This document shows positions 19,418 through 28,723 of a DNA stretch of 64,000 nt, piece by piece. Positions within the stretch are counted from its first letter, which is position 1; each line of letters begins with the position of its first letter. The stretch is from a virus: the IMG/VR virus record IMGVR_UViG_3300034082_004296, positions 64,001 to 128,000 of that record; one strand, written 5' to 3'. The notes under the pieces were generated by a model, which saw only the letters and a program-made list of their open reading frames with translations, was not told the DNA's origin and searched no databases. The translations under genes were made by a program, and so were the position numbers.

Positions 19418-20597
19418 CGTTTAAATCATTAAGTTCACTTGTCTCTAATAGATCAATTTCATCTTGTGTTTCTGGGAATTTAAAGGTAGGCTTAATTACT
19501 TTTTCATCAAGTTCCAATAGTACGTCATGAGTAAATAATCGAGCTGAAAAAAATTCTTTGACTTGTACTAAATCACCATTGTGTCGAATAACATAATTTT
19601 TTCCAAGTTTCTTTGGTAGAAAATAGAATTTTTCTCCATCTACTTCAAATTCTGAACAGATTGATTGTTCGTCTGCTTTAAGCTTTGAAAACTCTTTTTC
19701 AGTCAATTTATTTCCTCGACCTACTCCACAATTTTCCCAACTAACAAACTGTTCAAGACCAACATATTGATTCATACCTTTATGGAAAGAGATATGGAAT
19801 TCAATGTCGATTGGTTTAGCTAAACGATTCTTTCTAGTCTTGGACCTAACGATAATTCCAGTAGTGGTTTTGGCATCGTCTCTTAAGGTACCTTTACTCA
19901 ACATCAAGATTATTGAAGCTGAAAACTCAGGACCACCACCACCAGACATTCCTTTAGGAGTGTATTGATCCATCGACGCATATGTGTGATTTGTAAAAAT
20001 AAATGGAACTTTTAAGTTAGATAGTTCAAGAGTAAATGACTTGAATAGAGATCTCATCTCTTTAGAACGAAGTCCCATATCTGATGCATTTTTACCAGCA
20101 TCCATGTCTCGCTTGCTCTTATCTGTATCCAACATTCCGACTGAATCTACAAAGATCGCAGCCTTTAATCCTGGATTTTCTCTCATCGTTTCGATAAAAT
20201 CATTGATAAAGAACTTAACATCACTGATTAAACCCATACGAAGGTATTTTAATTTTTCTAGATCTACTCCAAACTTAGTGTAGTCAGACCGGTCAATTGC
20301 ACCCTCAGTATCGATATAGAAAACGAAATAGTCTTTCTTTTGAAGTTCACGAACAGCATTTAAACAAAGAAATGTTTTACCTGCACCAGAGTCTCCAGCA
20401 ATTCCAATACTTCGAGTGTTTGGATATCCTCCAAATACTGAACCTGAAATTTGTGCATTTAAAAGATAATTTCCAGTTGGAATATAATCATCAATGTCGG
20501 AGAATCCCATTAAGGTGACTTTGGACTTTACTTTCTTTTCTAATAGATCATTGAACTTATTAAAAGCATTAATTGCGTCATTTGTTGACTTTGCCAT
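19395..20597 (-). CDS. uvsX: RecA/UvsX recombinase
   Basis: GDSGAGKT, IDTEGA, VDSVGML, DMGLRSK, TNHTY, SGGGG. Confidence 0.92.
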   Translation of the reverse strand: MAKSTNDAINAFNKFNDLLEKKVKSKVTLMGFSDIDDYIPTGNYLLNAQISGSVFGGYPNTRSIGIAGDSGAGKTFLCLNAVRELQKKDYFVFYIDTEGAIDRSDYTKFGVDLEKLKYLRMGLISDVKFFINDFIETMRENPGLKAAIFVDSVGMLDTDKSKRDMDAGKNASDMGLRSKEMRSLFKSFTLELSNLKVPFIFTNHTYASMDQYTPKGMSGGGGPEFSASIILMLSKGTLRDDAKTTTGIIVRSKTRKNRLAKPIDIEFHISFHKGMNQYVGLEQFVSWENCGVGRGNKLTEKEFSKLKADEQSICSEFEVDGEKFYFLPKKLGKNYVIRHNGDLVQVKEFFSARLFTHDVLLELDEKVIKPTFKFPETQDEIDLLETSELNDLNDDDESTF

Positions 20598-20616
20598 AAT
20601 TAATTTGTTTTAATAT

Positions 20617-20643
20617 ATTCTACTAGAGAATGGGCAAAAGTTC
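20617..20643 (-). promoter_or_regulatory. Putative early/middle promoter (GAAC-N16-GTAGAAT)
   Basis: Same spacing as the other copies; 19 nt before the uvsX ATG. Confidence 0.5.
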
Positions 20644-21200
20644 TATTCAGAGATGTATGAAAGTAATAAAATAGAACAGGATAAGGCTAACGTATCGCAT
20701 ATCTCTCCTCTCATGACTCTGCTAAATCTTACTTTATCTATAGAGTGAAGCTTTGATTCGGGATTAAGAACTTTTGCTGTAAATCCGGACGGTTCATCGC
20801 TATAATTAGTTAGGTTGACTGCATAACACTTATAAGTCTTAGTAAAAGGAACAGTATGTTGGATTTGACCTAAATAAAAAATATCATTTACATCAATATC
20901 ATTCAATCCAAGTTCATGGTCTATGCAATCTGATAGAGACTCATGATAGGTGTTAAATTCGTCTGGTTCAAGTGTAGTTGTGATGCATCGATGGTTTTCT
21001 CCATCCAATACATAATCGTGATATTTAGCTAAGTATAAGTTTTTTATTTGGCCGTTTTCATTAACGTCAAAAGGAAGCAAACATATTGCTTCCTTTGAGG
21101 ATGAAATTCTTTTAAAGCTTCCCTTGTCTCCAGTGAAACTTAGAATCTTAAACTTATCGTCTGAATATTCTTCTTTTGAATTAAACTGATCATTCTTCAT
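20643..21200 (-). CDS. Degenerate Nudix-fold-like protein
   Basis: AICLLPF...HELG...FYLG...YAVNLT layout resembles phage Nudix proteins, but the Nudix box is not canonical. Confidence 0.4.
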   Translation of the reverse strand: MKNDQFNSKEEYSDDKFKILSFTGDKGSFKRISSSKEAICLLPFDVNENGQIKNLYLAKYHDYVLDGENHRCITTTLEPDEFNTYHESLSDCIDHELGLNDIDVNDIFYLGQIQHTVPFTKTYKCYAVNLTNYSDEPSGFTAKVLNPESKLHSIDKVRFSRVMRGEICDTLALSCSILLLSYISE

Positions 21201-21828
21201 GGATCTCGGTGATATTTACAGTAGGTCCAGACTTGCTTCTCTGAGTTTTTAGTGGAACCACCATGTCTGAGATAGCTGACTGTATTACAGTTTTATTTAT
21301 CGCTCGAAAAACGTAATCAGATAATTCACTTAAAAACTTTTCTTTGTCCTTAGCGTTACTATACATCATCTTTAGAAAATCCTGTTCAGGAAGATTCATA
21401 GTTACTTGAAGATCTATTTTACGCTCTTCTGAATTAAACATCTCAAACATATTAGTAGTAGGCTGAGCCTGTTGAAAATGTCGAGGCTGAGCATCACCAT
21501 TTTGTTCTAAAGAATTTGGCGGCATTGTCTGAGTTTGATTTACTCTAGGTTGAACAGTCGGTCTCTTTGGTCCAGAAATGGATTCAACTTCTGCTTTACT
21601 TAAAGGCTGCATGTCTCCATGTATCATGAGTAGACTTGTATTAAGTTGAGCAGTATCTACACTTGACCCATCATCAAATAGGGCAAAGAATCGGTCTCCC
21701 CTAGGCTCAATATTTCTGCAGGTAACAACTTTGCCTAATAATTCAGGACGATTTGTCTTGATCCACTGAAATTTTGCTCCAGAAAAGTTTTCCATTAAGG
21801 AAATTAGTTTATTTTCATCAAATTGCAT
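21190..21828 (-). CDS. Hypothetical protein (start revised to 21828, MQFDENK)
   Basis: Longer start overlaps the upstream gene. Confidence 0.6.
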   Translation of the reverse strand: MQFDENKLISLMENFSGAKFQWIKTNRPELLGKVVTCRNIEPRGDRFFALFDDGSSVDTAQLNTSLLMIHGDMQPLSKAEVESISGPKRPTVQPRVNQTQTMPPNSLEQNGDAQPRHFQQAQPTTNMFEMFNSEERKIDLQVTMNLPEQDFLKMMYSNAKDKEKFLSELSDYVFRAINKTVIQSAISDMVVPLKTQRSKSGPTVNITEIHEE

Positions 21829-21844
21829 CTGATCTTGATTTTTT

Positions 21845-22177
21845 TTAGGAATTAAGTTCTTCCATAGTTGAGGCAGTCTTATTCTCCTCAATAGCTTTAA
21901 TAAATTCTTCATCTAACGAACCATTATTTGGAAGATTTGAGTCTGGTTGAACCAGTGTGATTGTTGAAAAGTGATCTGCTGGAATAGGATCAATCGACTT
22001 ATTCCATAGTGGATTATACATTTCGCCAGTTGAGCGATTTATTGCAAACTTATCTTTGCTTGTAGGCAAAGCTGCCATCTTTTTTCTAACCTCCTTGATT
22101 TGTTGAGGAGATGGTGAATTTTTACATGCGTCTAGAAATCCTTCTAGCCAGTTTACAAAATCTTGTGTTGTGTTCAT
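21845..22177 (-). CDS. Hypothetical protein
   Basis: MNTTQDFVNWLEGFL N-terminus typical of small phage proteins. Confidence 0.6.
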   Translation of the reverse strand: MNTTQDFVNWLEGFLDACKNSPSPQQIKEVRKKMAALPTSKDKFAINRSTGEMYNPLWNKSIDPIPADHFSTITLVQPDSNLPNNGSLDEEFIKAIEENKTASTMEELNS

Positions 22178-22178
22178 A

Positions 22179-22409
22179 TTAATCGGTTATTTTAAAATTT
22201 ATCTCTTCTTTTAGTTTTTCAATGTCTAAATCATCTGCAGTGTCTGCATTTAGGACAGTCAGTGTCAGCTTTTCGATATCACTGGATCGATATGCTATCA
22301 CATAATAGTCAGTTAATTTATCTTCTAATTGAGCAATTGACTTATTAATGGGTTGTAGTTGAGTTATTGAATCTTCCGGAAAAGCAACTACGAGTATTGG
22401 CTTTGCCAT
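22179..22409 (-). CDS. Hypothetical protein
   Basis: Coupled (TAATG) to the polymerase stop. Confidence 0.55.
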   Translation of the reverse strand: MAKPILVVAFPEDSITQLQPINKSIAQLEDKLTDYYVIAYRSSDIEKLTLTVLNADTADDLDIEKLKEEINFKITD

Positions 22410-23830
22410 TATTTTGAATTTTTTAACTGTTTAATCTCACCCTGAGTCTTGATACGTTCATCATATAGACGAGTAAGAATTTTCCTAGCAACTGAATCTG
22501 TTTTACTTGAAAACATAGTATCGTTCTTAGTATGGATTTCAGTACCGTCTTTTTTAACTTTATCGGTTTTTCCAAGATAGGTATCTGGTGAGATATTAAA
22601 TTGAATTTGTATGTTAGGATACATTGATGAAAAGTCATAGCATGCAACTGCACCATAATATCCAGGAATTGGATCCTTTACATAGGCGCCGGCATAGGTT
22701 CCATCAATAACTTCTTCTCCCCAAGGAAGTTTCATCATCTTCATGTTCTTGTTTAAGAACTCACGACACATTAGAATTTCAGCAATATACACTGGACTAA
22801 ATACTTTATTTACTTCAACTTGAGCGACGTTTGCCATAGCGAAGGCAACATCCATTAGAGCTAGCTTATCTTCGATTAGTTTAACTAGAATAACGTCAAT
22901 TACGTTATACATAGTAAAAAGATAAGTATCTTTTTGAAACTCTCTAAATGAAGGATAATCGTGGTGCAATTTAGCTGTACCTAGGACAAGATCTGCAATG
23001 TAATCAAGCTTATAGTTTTCTACAACTTTATAAGGCTTCATTTTTTCAAAGACTTGCATGTAATCAAGAACTCCTAAGTGAGTAGGAATCTTGACTTTAG
23101 AAACAGTTGATCGAGTTGGCATTTTTTCCATCATATCGATCTTTAGGTTCTTACCGCGATTCATCAGATACTTCCAGTCAAATTCTGTTACATTCCAGCC
23201 AGTCACAAAATTAAAGTGGGGCATAATCTTATGGAAATAGAATTCCATTAATTCATCTTCACTCTTAAAGAACTTATATTTAATTTTGAAATCTTGATTA
23301 AAGAGGCGAGCATCTTCTGGTTTTTTAGGAACGGTTTTTCTAAAGTATTCATTGACCTCTTTTTCCATTTGAACGATCTGTTCTGGTGCAAGACCATCAG
23401 GCTGATCTTCGGTATTTAAAATAGAGAGAATGTAGGTGATGTTGTCTTCATTACAGAATGAGATCAACCCAACTGGCATTCTAGCTTTGTCTGGTTCTGG
23501 AAAAGAGTCATCAATTAATTTAATCTCAATATCGAGATATGTTTTCTTAGGAAAATTATCAAAGTTATAGACTAGCTCAAGTTCTTCAGCCGTTAATTTT
23601 TCTTGAATTAACTCTTGAATTCTAAACTGGTTCATGTATTGTCCTTGAGACTGACCCTTTTTTACAAACTTTCCATTCCAATTTTTAGTAGTGGTTGGCG
23701 TTTGAGATTCTACCCAATTATACATTTCATGGTCCATTAGTCTTTTTCTAATAAATTCTATTTTTCCATTATTGTTATAATAAGAAATTGTTAAAATATT
23801 ATCATTTAATACTTCGGCGCCAATTATCAT
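22409..23830 (-). CDS. Family B DNA polymerase, N-terminal subunit (exonuclease + motif A only; split gene)
   Basis: ExoI YLDIE, ExoII GWNVTEFDWKYL, ExoIII YNVIDV, YAGAYVKDP, motif A YDFSSMYP, NISPDT; ends after the first fingers helix, with no motif B or C. Confidence 0.88.
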   Translation of the reverse strand: MIIGAEVLNDNILTISYYNNNGKIEFIRKRLMDHEMYNWVESQTPTTTKNWNGKFVKKGQSQGQYMNQFRIQELIQEKLTAEELELVYNFDNFPKKTYLDIEIKLIDDSFPEPDKARMPVGLISFCNEDNITYILSILNTEDQPDGLAPEQIVQMEKEVNEYFRKTVPKKPEDARLFNQDFKIKYKFFKSEDELMEFYFHKIMPHFNFVTGWNVTEFDWKYLMNRGKNLKIDMMEKMPTRSTVSKVKIPTHLGVLDYMQVFEKMKPYKVVENYKLDYIADLVLGTAKLHHDYPSFREFQKDTYLFTMYNVIDVILVKLIEDKLALMDVAFAMANVAQVEVNKVFSPVYIAEILMCREFLNKNMKMMKLPWGEEVIDGTYAGAYVKDPIPGYYGAVACYDFSSMYPNIQIQFNISPDTYLGKTDKVKKDGTEIHTKNDTMFSSKTDSVARKILTRLYDERIKTQGEIKQLKNSK

Positions 23831-24060
23831 ACTTTAGGTTTAAACATTTCATTAATATGACCACATTTAGCACAAGCAATTACTGGAATTGGGACTATTG
23901 AGTCTTGATCCGAGCCTGTCATAAATCTTGAAACTTTTTTAATCATCATTTTTTCTTCAAACACCTTTCCTTGACACTCTTCACATTCCATGTATGGAGC
24001 ATCTGCTAGATTAATGTTTAATTGCGGTTGAGATTGGCCGCCGAGTTGTGTTGAATCCAT
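23827..24060 (-). CDS. Zinc-ribbon protein (start revised to 24060)
   Basis: CEEC...CAKCG. Confidence 0.65.
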   Translation of the reverse strand: MDSTQLGGQSQPQLNINLADAPYMECEECQGKVFEEKMMIKKVSRFMTGSDQDSIVPIPVIACAKCGHINEMFKPKV

Positions 24061-24076
24061 AGTTATTATACTTTTT

Positions 24077-24544
24077 TTAATAGCCTCTTTTCTGTCTGTC
24101 ACGATTTTCTGCGTTCTTTGCCATGTACATGTTGTACATTTCCTGCGGAGTCATGCCAATTGAGATAGCATAATTCATAAAGAAGTGTAACATGTCAATG
24201 ATTTCAAACTTTGCTTCAAGCTGATCACTTTCAGTTAGATCTGAGAACTTCATAAAGCCGTACTTGCCAAAGTCCTTTTTCCAATACTTCCAAATAGCGT
24301 TTCCGCTACCGTCCTTGATTCCGCCTAGGGCGTCAGTTGCTTCATGAATTTCATCTACCATCGCATGAGTATTTGCATGCCAAAATGACATAATTTCGCG
24401 AAGAGTCATGTTGTCAAAATTCCATCCATATACGTGATTTTGAGTGTCCTTTTGGAGAGCCATGATGTCGCCTAAAGTGTCAGTACTTTTTGAATATAGA
24501 TCTTCGATCGTAAGATCGGCACAAGTATTATCGATATTTGCCAT
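24077..24544 (-). CDS. Dimeric dUTPase/dCTPase (T4 gp56-like)
   Basis: NTCADL, DEIHE, WKYWK, DQLEAKFEIIDMLHF, KNAENRDRQKRGY parallel gp56. Confidence 0.85.
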   Translation of the reverse strand: MANIDNTCADLTIEDLYSKSTDTLGDIMALQKDTQNHVYGWNFDNMTLREIMSFWHANTHAMVDEIHEATDALGGIKDGSGNAIWKYWKKDFGKYGFMKFSDLTESDQLEAKFEIIDMLHFFMNYAISIGMTPQEMYNMYMAKNAENRDRQKRGY

Positions 24545-24630
24545 TCTTATAGTATTTTGATATATTATACTATAAAACGAGCCGAGGATCTTAATTTTTC
24601 TATTTTTTTAGATTTATTGATGCTATTTAA

Positions 24631-24639
24631 GATAAATAA
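24631..24639 (+). promoter_or_regulatory. Late promoter motif GATAAATAA
   Basis: 20 nt before the sheath ATG. Confidence 0.7.
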
Positions 24640-24659
24640 TTAAAAATATCTATACAGAG

Positions 24660-27600
24660 ATGGCTGAACCAAGGATAAACTTAAATAATTACAAGTCTAG
24701 TGGTGTATACACAGTTGAGATTGATGCAAGTGAGAACGTAGTCTTACCTCTTACCACCGGTCGTTTAATCGTAGGGTCAAGTAGAGTAGGTCCTTTCAAT
24801 ACAGTAGTATTGATTAACGATATTCGAACTCTAAGAGCAGTATTTGGAGAAATTGATCCAAAATTAGAAAAAGCAGGAAGCTATTTTCATAGAACAATTG
24901 AGGTTGCTCTAAGAGAAGGACCTGTTTTTGCAATGAATGTTTTACCTTTGGATACTGAGATCGCGACACCTTCACTAAACTTAGACCAGGCAGCATTTAC
25001 TACATTTAATACTGAGTCTGCTTCAAAGAATGAGGGAGTCAATCAATATCCAATGGTTGAATTCTTTAATCGCCAAAGATTATGGTTTGCGGATGCTGCA
25101 AAAGTAAACAAATCTAAAAACTTAGCTCTAGGTGATGATTATATCACTAACCCTGGAGGATTTGGTATAACAACGTCTGAATCGAATAAAGTTCTTTCTT
25201 TCGCTAACCTAGGTCAATATAACATGACAGTATGGGTTAGAAAAGCAAATGTTACTGGTTTTGATGTTACTGCTAAAGAGTGGTACGCAAGCGTAGGAGG
25301 AGGAAACGTTGAATTTCCTTCATTTGTTCACCCAGACGATTTTATTTCTGATTATTTCGTTGAAGTAATAGTGGTAAACGGTGATTGGACTAATTATTTA
25401 AAACTTTCAAAGGATCCGATCTACAAGGCATATTTTGATGAAGTAGGTCTAAAAACAGCCAATTCTGCTAACTTCTTTGCATTAAGAGAGATTACAGTTA
25501 TTAATAGAACGATTGGTTGTTTGATTCCTGATTTTAGAGATCAAAGCGGCGTGACTGTTTCAATTGATAGATTAGTAAATAGAGCATTTCCTACTACTGG
25601 ATTGATTTGTGCACTAGATGCTGAAAAATTAGATTTGATTGACTTAACTGATGATAACTTTATTGATACTGAAGTACCTACACATAGAGTAGATATCATT
25701 GGTCACGGATTTGATGAATTAGCATATTATGCAGATGATGGAGGTTTCGATAACGTATATGTTGGTGGAGTTTCTACTTTTACAAGAAATAACTTAGGTA
25801 CAGGTTATACTACTGCGACTGGCGTAGCTACGACTAGTGCGGGAGGCGGTACTGGATTAACGGTTGACATTACTGCACTTGCCGGCGCGATCACTGCGGT
25901 TACTGTAAATAACGCAGGTACTGGATATGAGGTTGGCGATACTGTCACAATCACTGGAGGTGCAATTCCGGAAGTCCTAACCATAACTGCAGTAACATAC
26001 CTTAATCCAGGAGTTGCGGCTACTCCACTGATTGATACAATCAGTTATAAAAAACCAGTAGACGCTGAGTTGATTTTTGAGATCACAAGCACTGAGACTG
26101 AGCCGAGTTTCCTACTTAATGCTGCTGCAGGTGATACATATATTATTAATGCTGCTACTGATTACTTAATTGCTGTACAAGGAAGTAAAATGTATGAAGC
26201 ATATGCCAATGGATTCTTAAAGACTGGAGATATTAGTTCAAACGGTGGACTTAACCCTAACCGATACTTAAAAGTTATTGATAACTTGACAGTAACAGTT
26301 GGACCAACTACTCTAAAATACATTAAGATTGAAGTATATGCTAACTTAGGTTTGACTACCCTAGTCAATGAAAACACATACACTGTTTCTGGTACTAATT
26401 ATCTTAAAGTGACACTAGATGATGGTGATGATTTTAAGAATACTTTTGACTTGACTGATACTAACTTTTTTGCAAGTTATTCTATCTCTCAACCAAACGT
26501 ATTAACGTTAGAATTAGATGGAGCAATTACTGTCCAAAACAAGGCACTAGTTAACAAATATATCAAAGCAAATAATTATATTAAAGCTACTGTAACTGAT
26601 GGTCGAGCTAGACTATTAAAAATAGTGTCAGTTCTTACCCCAAATCCATTAACTGCACCTGATACGATTAAGGTGACTACAATGGCACCTACTGTAGAAG
26701 AAGTAATTGGATTAGATGTTACTGGAAATGAGATTCAAGTATACTTAGGAATCCCTAACTTTGTAAGTAGTCTAAAGGGTCAGATTCTTACTGGATTTAA
26801 GTTGAGAAATGATCTTTTACCTGATGGAACTGCTGAGAGATTAGAAGGAACTGGTGGGATTTTAGATTATCTTTTCACAGATACTCTTATTCCTCAAGCA
26901 TTAGCAAACGGCGAGATGGTTGACTTTAGATATGTTGTCGATTCTTATTCTGGAACGATTTCAAGTTCTTCTAAATACCATTTGGCTAAGCTTGCTGCAC
27001 TTAATGGACAAGCTATGGCGATCCTAAATGCACCATCGATGCAGCAGTTTGAGAGATCGGTTGATCCTAGCTTCATCAATACTACAACTAGACTAGTTTC
27101 GACTGAATATATTTCACAAGGAGGTAATGCAGCATTGAATCCTAGTTTCCTATATAAGTTTGCAGAAGAGGATGTGAAAGGAGTTCCTTTGTCTTCTTAC
27201 GCATCTTATCACTTTCCTAACTTAATAGTAAGAAGCGGAAGCAAGAATGTTTCAGTTCCACAAGCTGGATATATTTCTAACTTATATGTTAGAAAATTCA
27301 AGAACGGTACTCCATTCTTAATTGTAGCTGGTGGAAAACGAGGAGCATTGAACGATCCAGAAATAGTAGGATTAGAATATGACCTTACTGATGAGGATAG
27401 AGATTTCTTAGAGCCAGTAGGATTTAACTTAACTGTTAAACGTAGAGGATTTGGAATTATTTTATTCTCTAATAACACTGCATACCAAAGAATTAATTCG
27501 GCTCTTAATAATGCTCACGTTAGAGATAACTTATCTACTATTGAGAGAGATATCGAAAAGATCTTATTTAACTTCTTATTTGATTTCAATGACGAGATCA

Positions 27601-27851
27601 CAAGATTGAGAGTAAGAACGATTGTTGAAAATTATTTGAACGCAGTAGTTAATGCACAAGGACTTTCTACATATGAAGTAATCTTTGATACTTCAAATAA
27701 TACAAACGAGGTAATTTCTGCAAATGCGGCAATTATTGATATCCGAGTAGATTTCCCAAGAGGAATCCAAAAGTTCATCAACCGAATCACTATTACAAGA
27801 GTCGGAGGAACATTAAGTTCGGATTCAACTGGATTTATTCCAAGCTTCTAA
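24660..27851 (+). CDS. Contractile tail sheath protein (gp18-like, 1063 aa)
   Basis: SSGVYTVEID, GPFN N-terminus; C-terminal AGGKRG, SALNNAHVR, FDFND...R...VENYL, FDTSNNTNEVI. Confidence 0.92.
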   Translation: MAEPRINLNNYKSSGVYTVEIDASENVVLPLTTGRLIVGSSRVGPFNTVVLINDIRTLRAVFGEIDPKLEKAGSYFHRTIEVALREGPVFAMNVLPLDTEIATPSLNLDQAAFTTFNTESASKNEGVNQYPMVEFFNRQRLWFADAAKVNKSKNLALGDDYITNPGGFGITTSESNKVLSFANLGQYNMTVWVRKANVTGFDVTAKEWYASVGGGNVEFPSFVHPDDFISDYFVEVIVVNGDWTNYLKLSKDPIYKAYFDEVGLKTANSANFFALREITVINRTIGCLIPDFRDQSGVTVSIDRLVNRAFPTTGLICALDAEKLDLIDLTDDNFIDTEVPTHRVDIIGHGFDELAYYADDGGFDNVYVGGVSTFTRNNLGTGYTTATGVATTSAGGGTGLTVDITALAGAITAVTVNNAGTGYEVGDTVTITGGAIPEVLTITAVTYLNPGVAATPLIDTISYKKPVDAELIFEITSTETEPSFLLNAAAGDTYIINAATDYLIAVQGSKMYEAYANGFLKTGDISSNGGLNPNRYLKVIDNLTVTVGPTTLKYIKIEVYANLGLTTLVNENTYTVSGTNYLKVTLDDGDDFKNTFDLTDTNFFASYSISQPNVLTLELDGAITVQNKALVNKYIKANNYIKATVTDGRARLLKIVSVLTPNPLTAPDTIKVTTMAPTVEEVIGLDVTGNEIQVYLGIPNFVSSLKGQILTGFKLRNDLLPDGTAERLEGTGGILDYLFTDTLIPQALANGEMVDFRYVVDSYSGTISSSSKYHLAKLAALNGQAMAILNAPSMQQFERSVDPSFINTTTRLVSTEYISQGGNAALNPSFLYKFAEEDVKGVPLSSYASYHFPNLIVRSGSKNVSVPQAGYISNLYVRKFKNGTPFLIVAGGKRGALNDPEIVGLEYDLTDEDRDFLEPVGFNLTVKRRGFGIILFSNNTAYQRINSALNNAHVRDNLSTIERDIEKILFNFLFDFNDEITRLRVRTIVENYLNAVVNAQGLSTYEVIFDTSNNTNEVISANAAIIDIRVDFPRGIQKFINRITITRVGGTLSSDSTGFIPSF
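25764..25994 (+). repeat. 77-aa Gly/Thr-rich module, copy 1 (in tail sheath)
   Basis: GGVSTF...LGTGYTTATGVATTSAGGGTGLTV...GTGYEVGD...LTITAV. Confidence 0.85.
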
Positions 27852-27870
27852 TTAGATTTAGATATATTAG

Positions 27871-27896
27871 AAAGGAGGCGACTAGCCTCCTTTTTT
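27871..27896 (+). terminator. Intrinsic terminator after the sheath gene
   Basis: AAAGGAGGC-GACTA-GCCTCCTTT plus T run. Confidence 0.82.
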
Positions 27897-27902
27897 ATTT
27901 TA

Positions 27903-27911
27903 GATAAATAA
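27903..27911 (+). promoter_or_regulatory. Late promoter motif GATAAATAA
   Basis: 14 nt before the M15 peptidase ATG, just after a terminator. Confidence 0.7.
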
Positions 27912-27925
27912 GAATAAAGATTATT

Positions 27926-28393
27926 ATGAAATTAAGCGAACACTTATCATTGGCTGAAGTAACTCGAAGTGAGACTGCAAAGAGGAGAGGAATTTCCAAT
28001 ATGCCTACTGAAGCACATATTACAAATTTTAAGTTACTTGCAGAAAAGGTTTTTGAGCCGATTAGAAAACATTTTGGAAAACCGATTCACATTTCTTCTG
28101 GTTATAGATCAGAGGCTTTAAATAAAGCAATTGGCGGATCATTGACTTCTCAACATTGTAGCGGAGAGGCAATTGATATTGACATGGATGGGGGTGCAAA
28201 TGGCATCACAAATAAAATGGTTTTTGACTATATTAAGGATAATCTTCAATTTGACCAATTGATTTGGGAATTCGGGACAGATTCTGCTCCAGATTGGGTA
28301 CACGTTTCTTATGAATCTACTGGAAAACAACGTAAGCAGATTCTAAAAGCTATTAAAAAAGGAGGAGCGACTAGCTACATACCTTACAAATAA
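27926..28393 (+). CDS. Peptidase M15A-family cell-wall peptidase (endolysin candidate)
   Basis: SSGYRS, SQHCSGEAIDI, WVHVS zinc ligands; late motif upstream. Confidence 0.85.
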   Translation: MKLSEHLSLAEVTRSETAKRRGISNMPTEAHITNFKLLAEKVFEPIRKHFGKPIHISSGYRSEALNKAIGGSLTSQHCSGEAIDIDMDGGANGITNKMVFDYIKDNLQFDQLIWEFGTDSAPDWVHVSYESTGKQRKQILKAIKKGGATSYIPYK

Positions 28394-28421
28394 AAAAGAG
28401 GAGCTAACTGCTCCTCTTTTT
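28392..28421. terminator. Bidirectional intrinsic terminator
   Basis: AAAAAAGAGGAGC-TAACT-GCTCCTCTTTTT between convergent genes. Confidence 0.85.
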
Positions 28422-28423
28422 AT

Positions 28424-28723
28424 CTATTCAAATTCTTCTAGAGAGATATCGTTAGGGTCATCTAAGATTGCGATAATCTCATTTGCCATTATGACATAGT
28501 GTTTTTCTCCTTTGTATGTTAGCTCTAATCCAGCATAACGATTAAAAAGGATTTGATCTCCAGGCTTAACCACCATCTCGTTGTGTTTAGTACCGTCTCC
28601 AGTATTAACAACAATTCCGATATTTGGTTTTTTGACTGCTTTTTCAGGAAGCATAATTCCTTGACTCGTGCGAGTCTCCTTTTGTTTAGGTTTAACTAAT
28701 ACTCTTTCGTATAGAGGTTTCAT
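28424..28723 (-). CDS. groES: Co-chaperonin GroES
   Basis: MKPLYERVLVKP, TSQGIMLPE, VKPGDQILF, YAG, EIIAI. Confidence 0.92.
   Translation of the reverse strand: MKPLYERVLVKPKQKETRTSQGIMLPEKAVKKPNIGIVVNTGDGTKHNEMVVKPGDQILFNRYAGLELTYKGEKHYVIMANEIIAILDDPNDISLEEFE

Noticed and set aside
22179-22656. Frameshift, intein or readthrough continuation of PolB
   Set aside because: Neither the overlapping 77-aa ORF nor the downstream 76-aa ORF shows NSxYG/DTDS or intein motifs.
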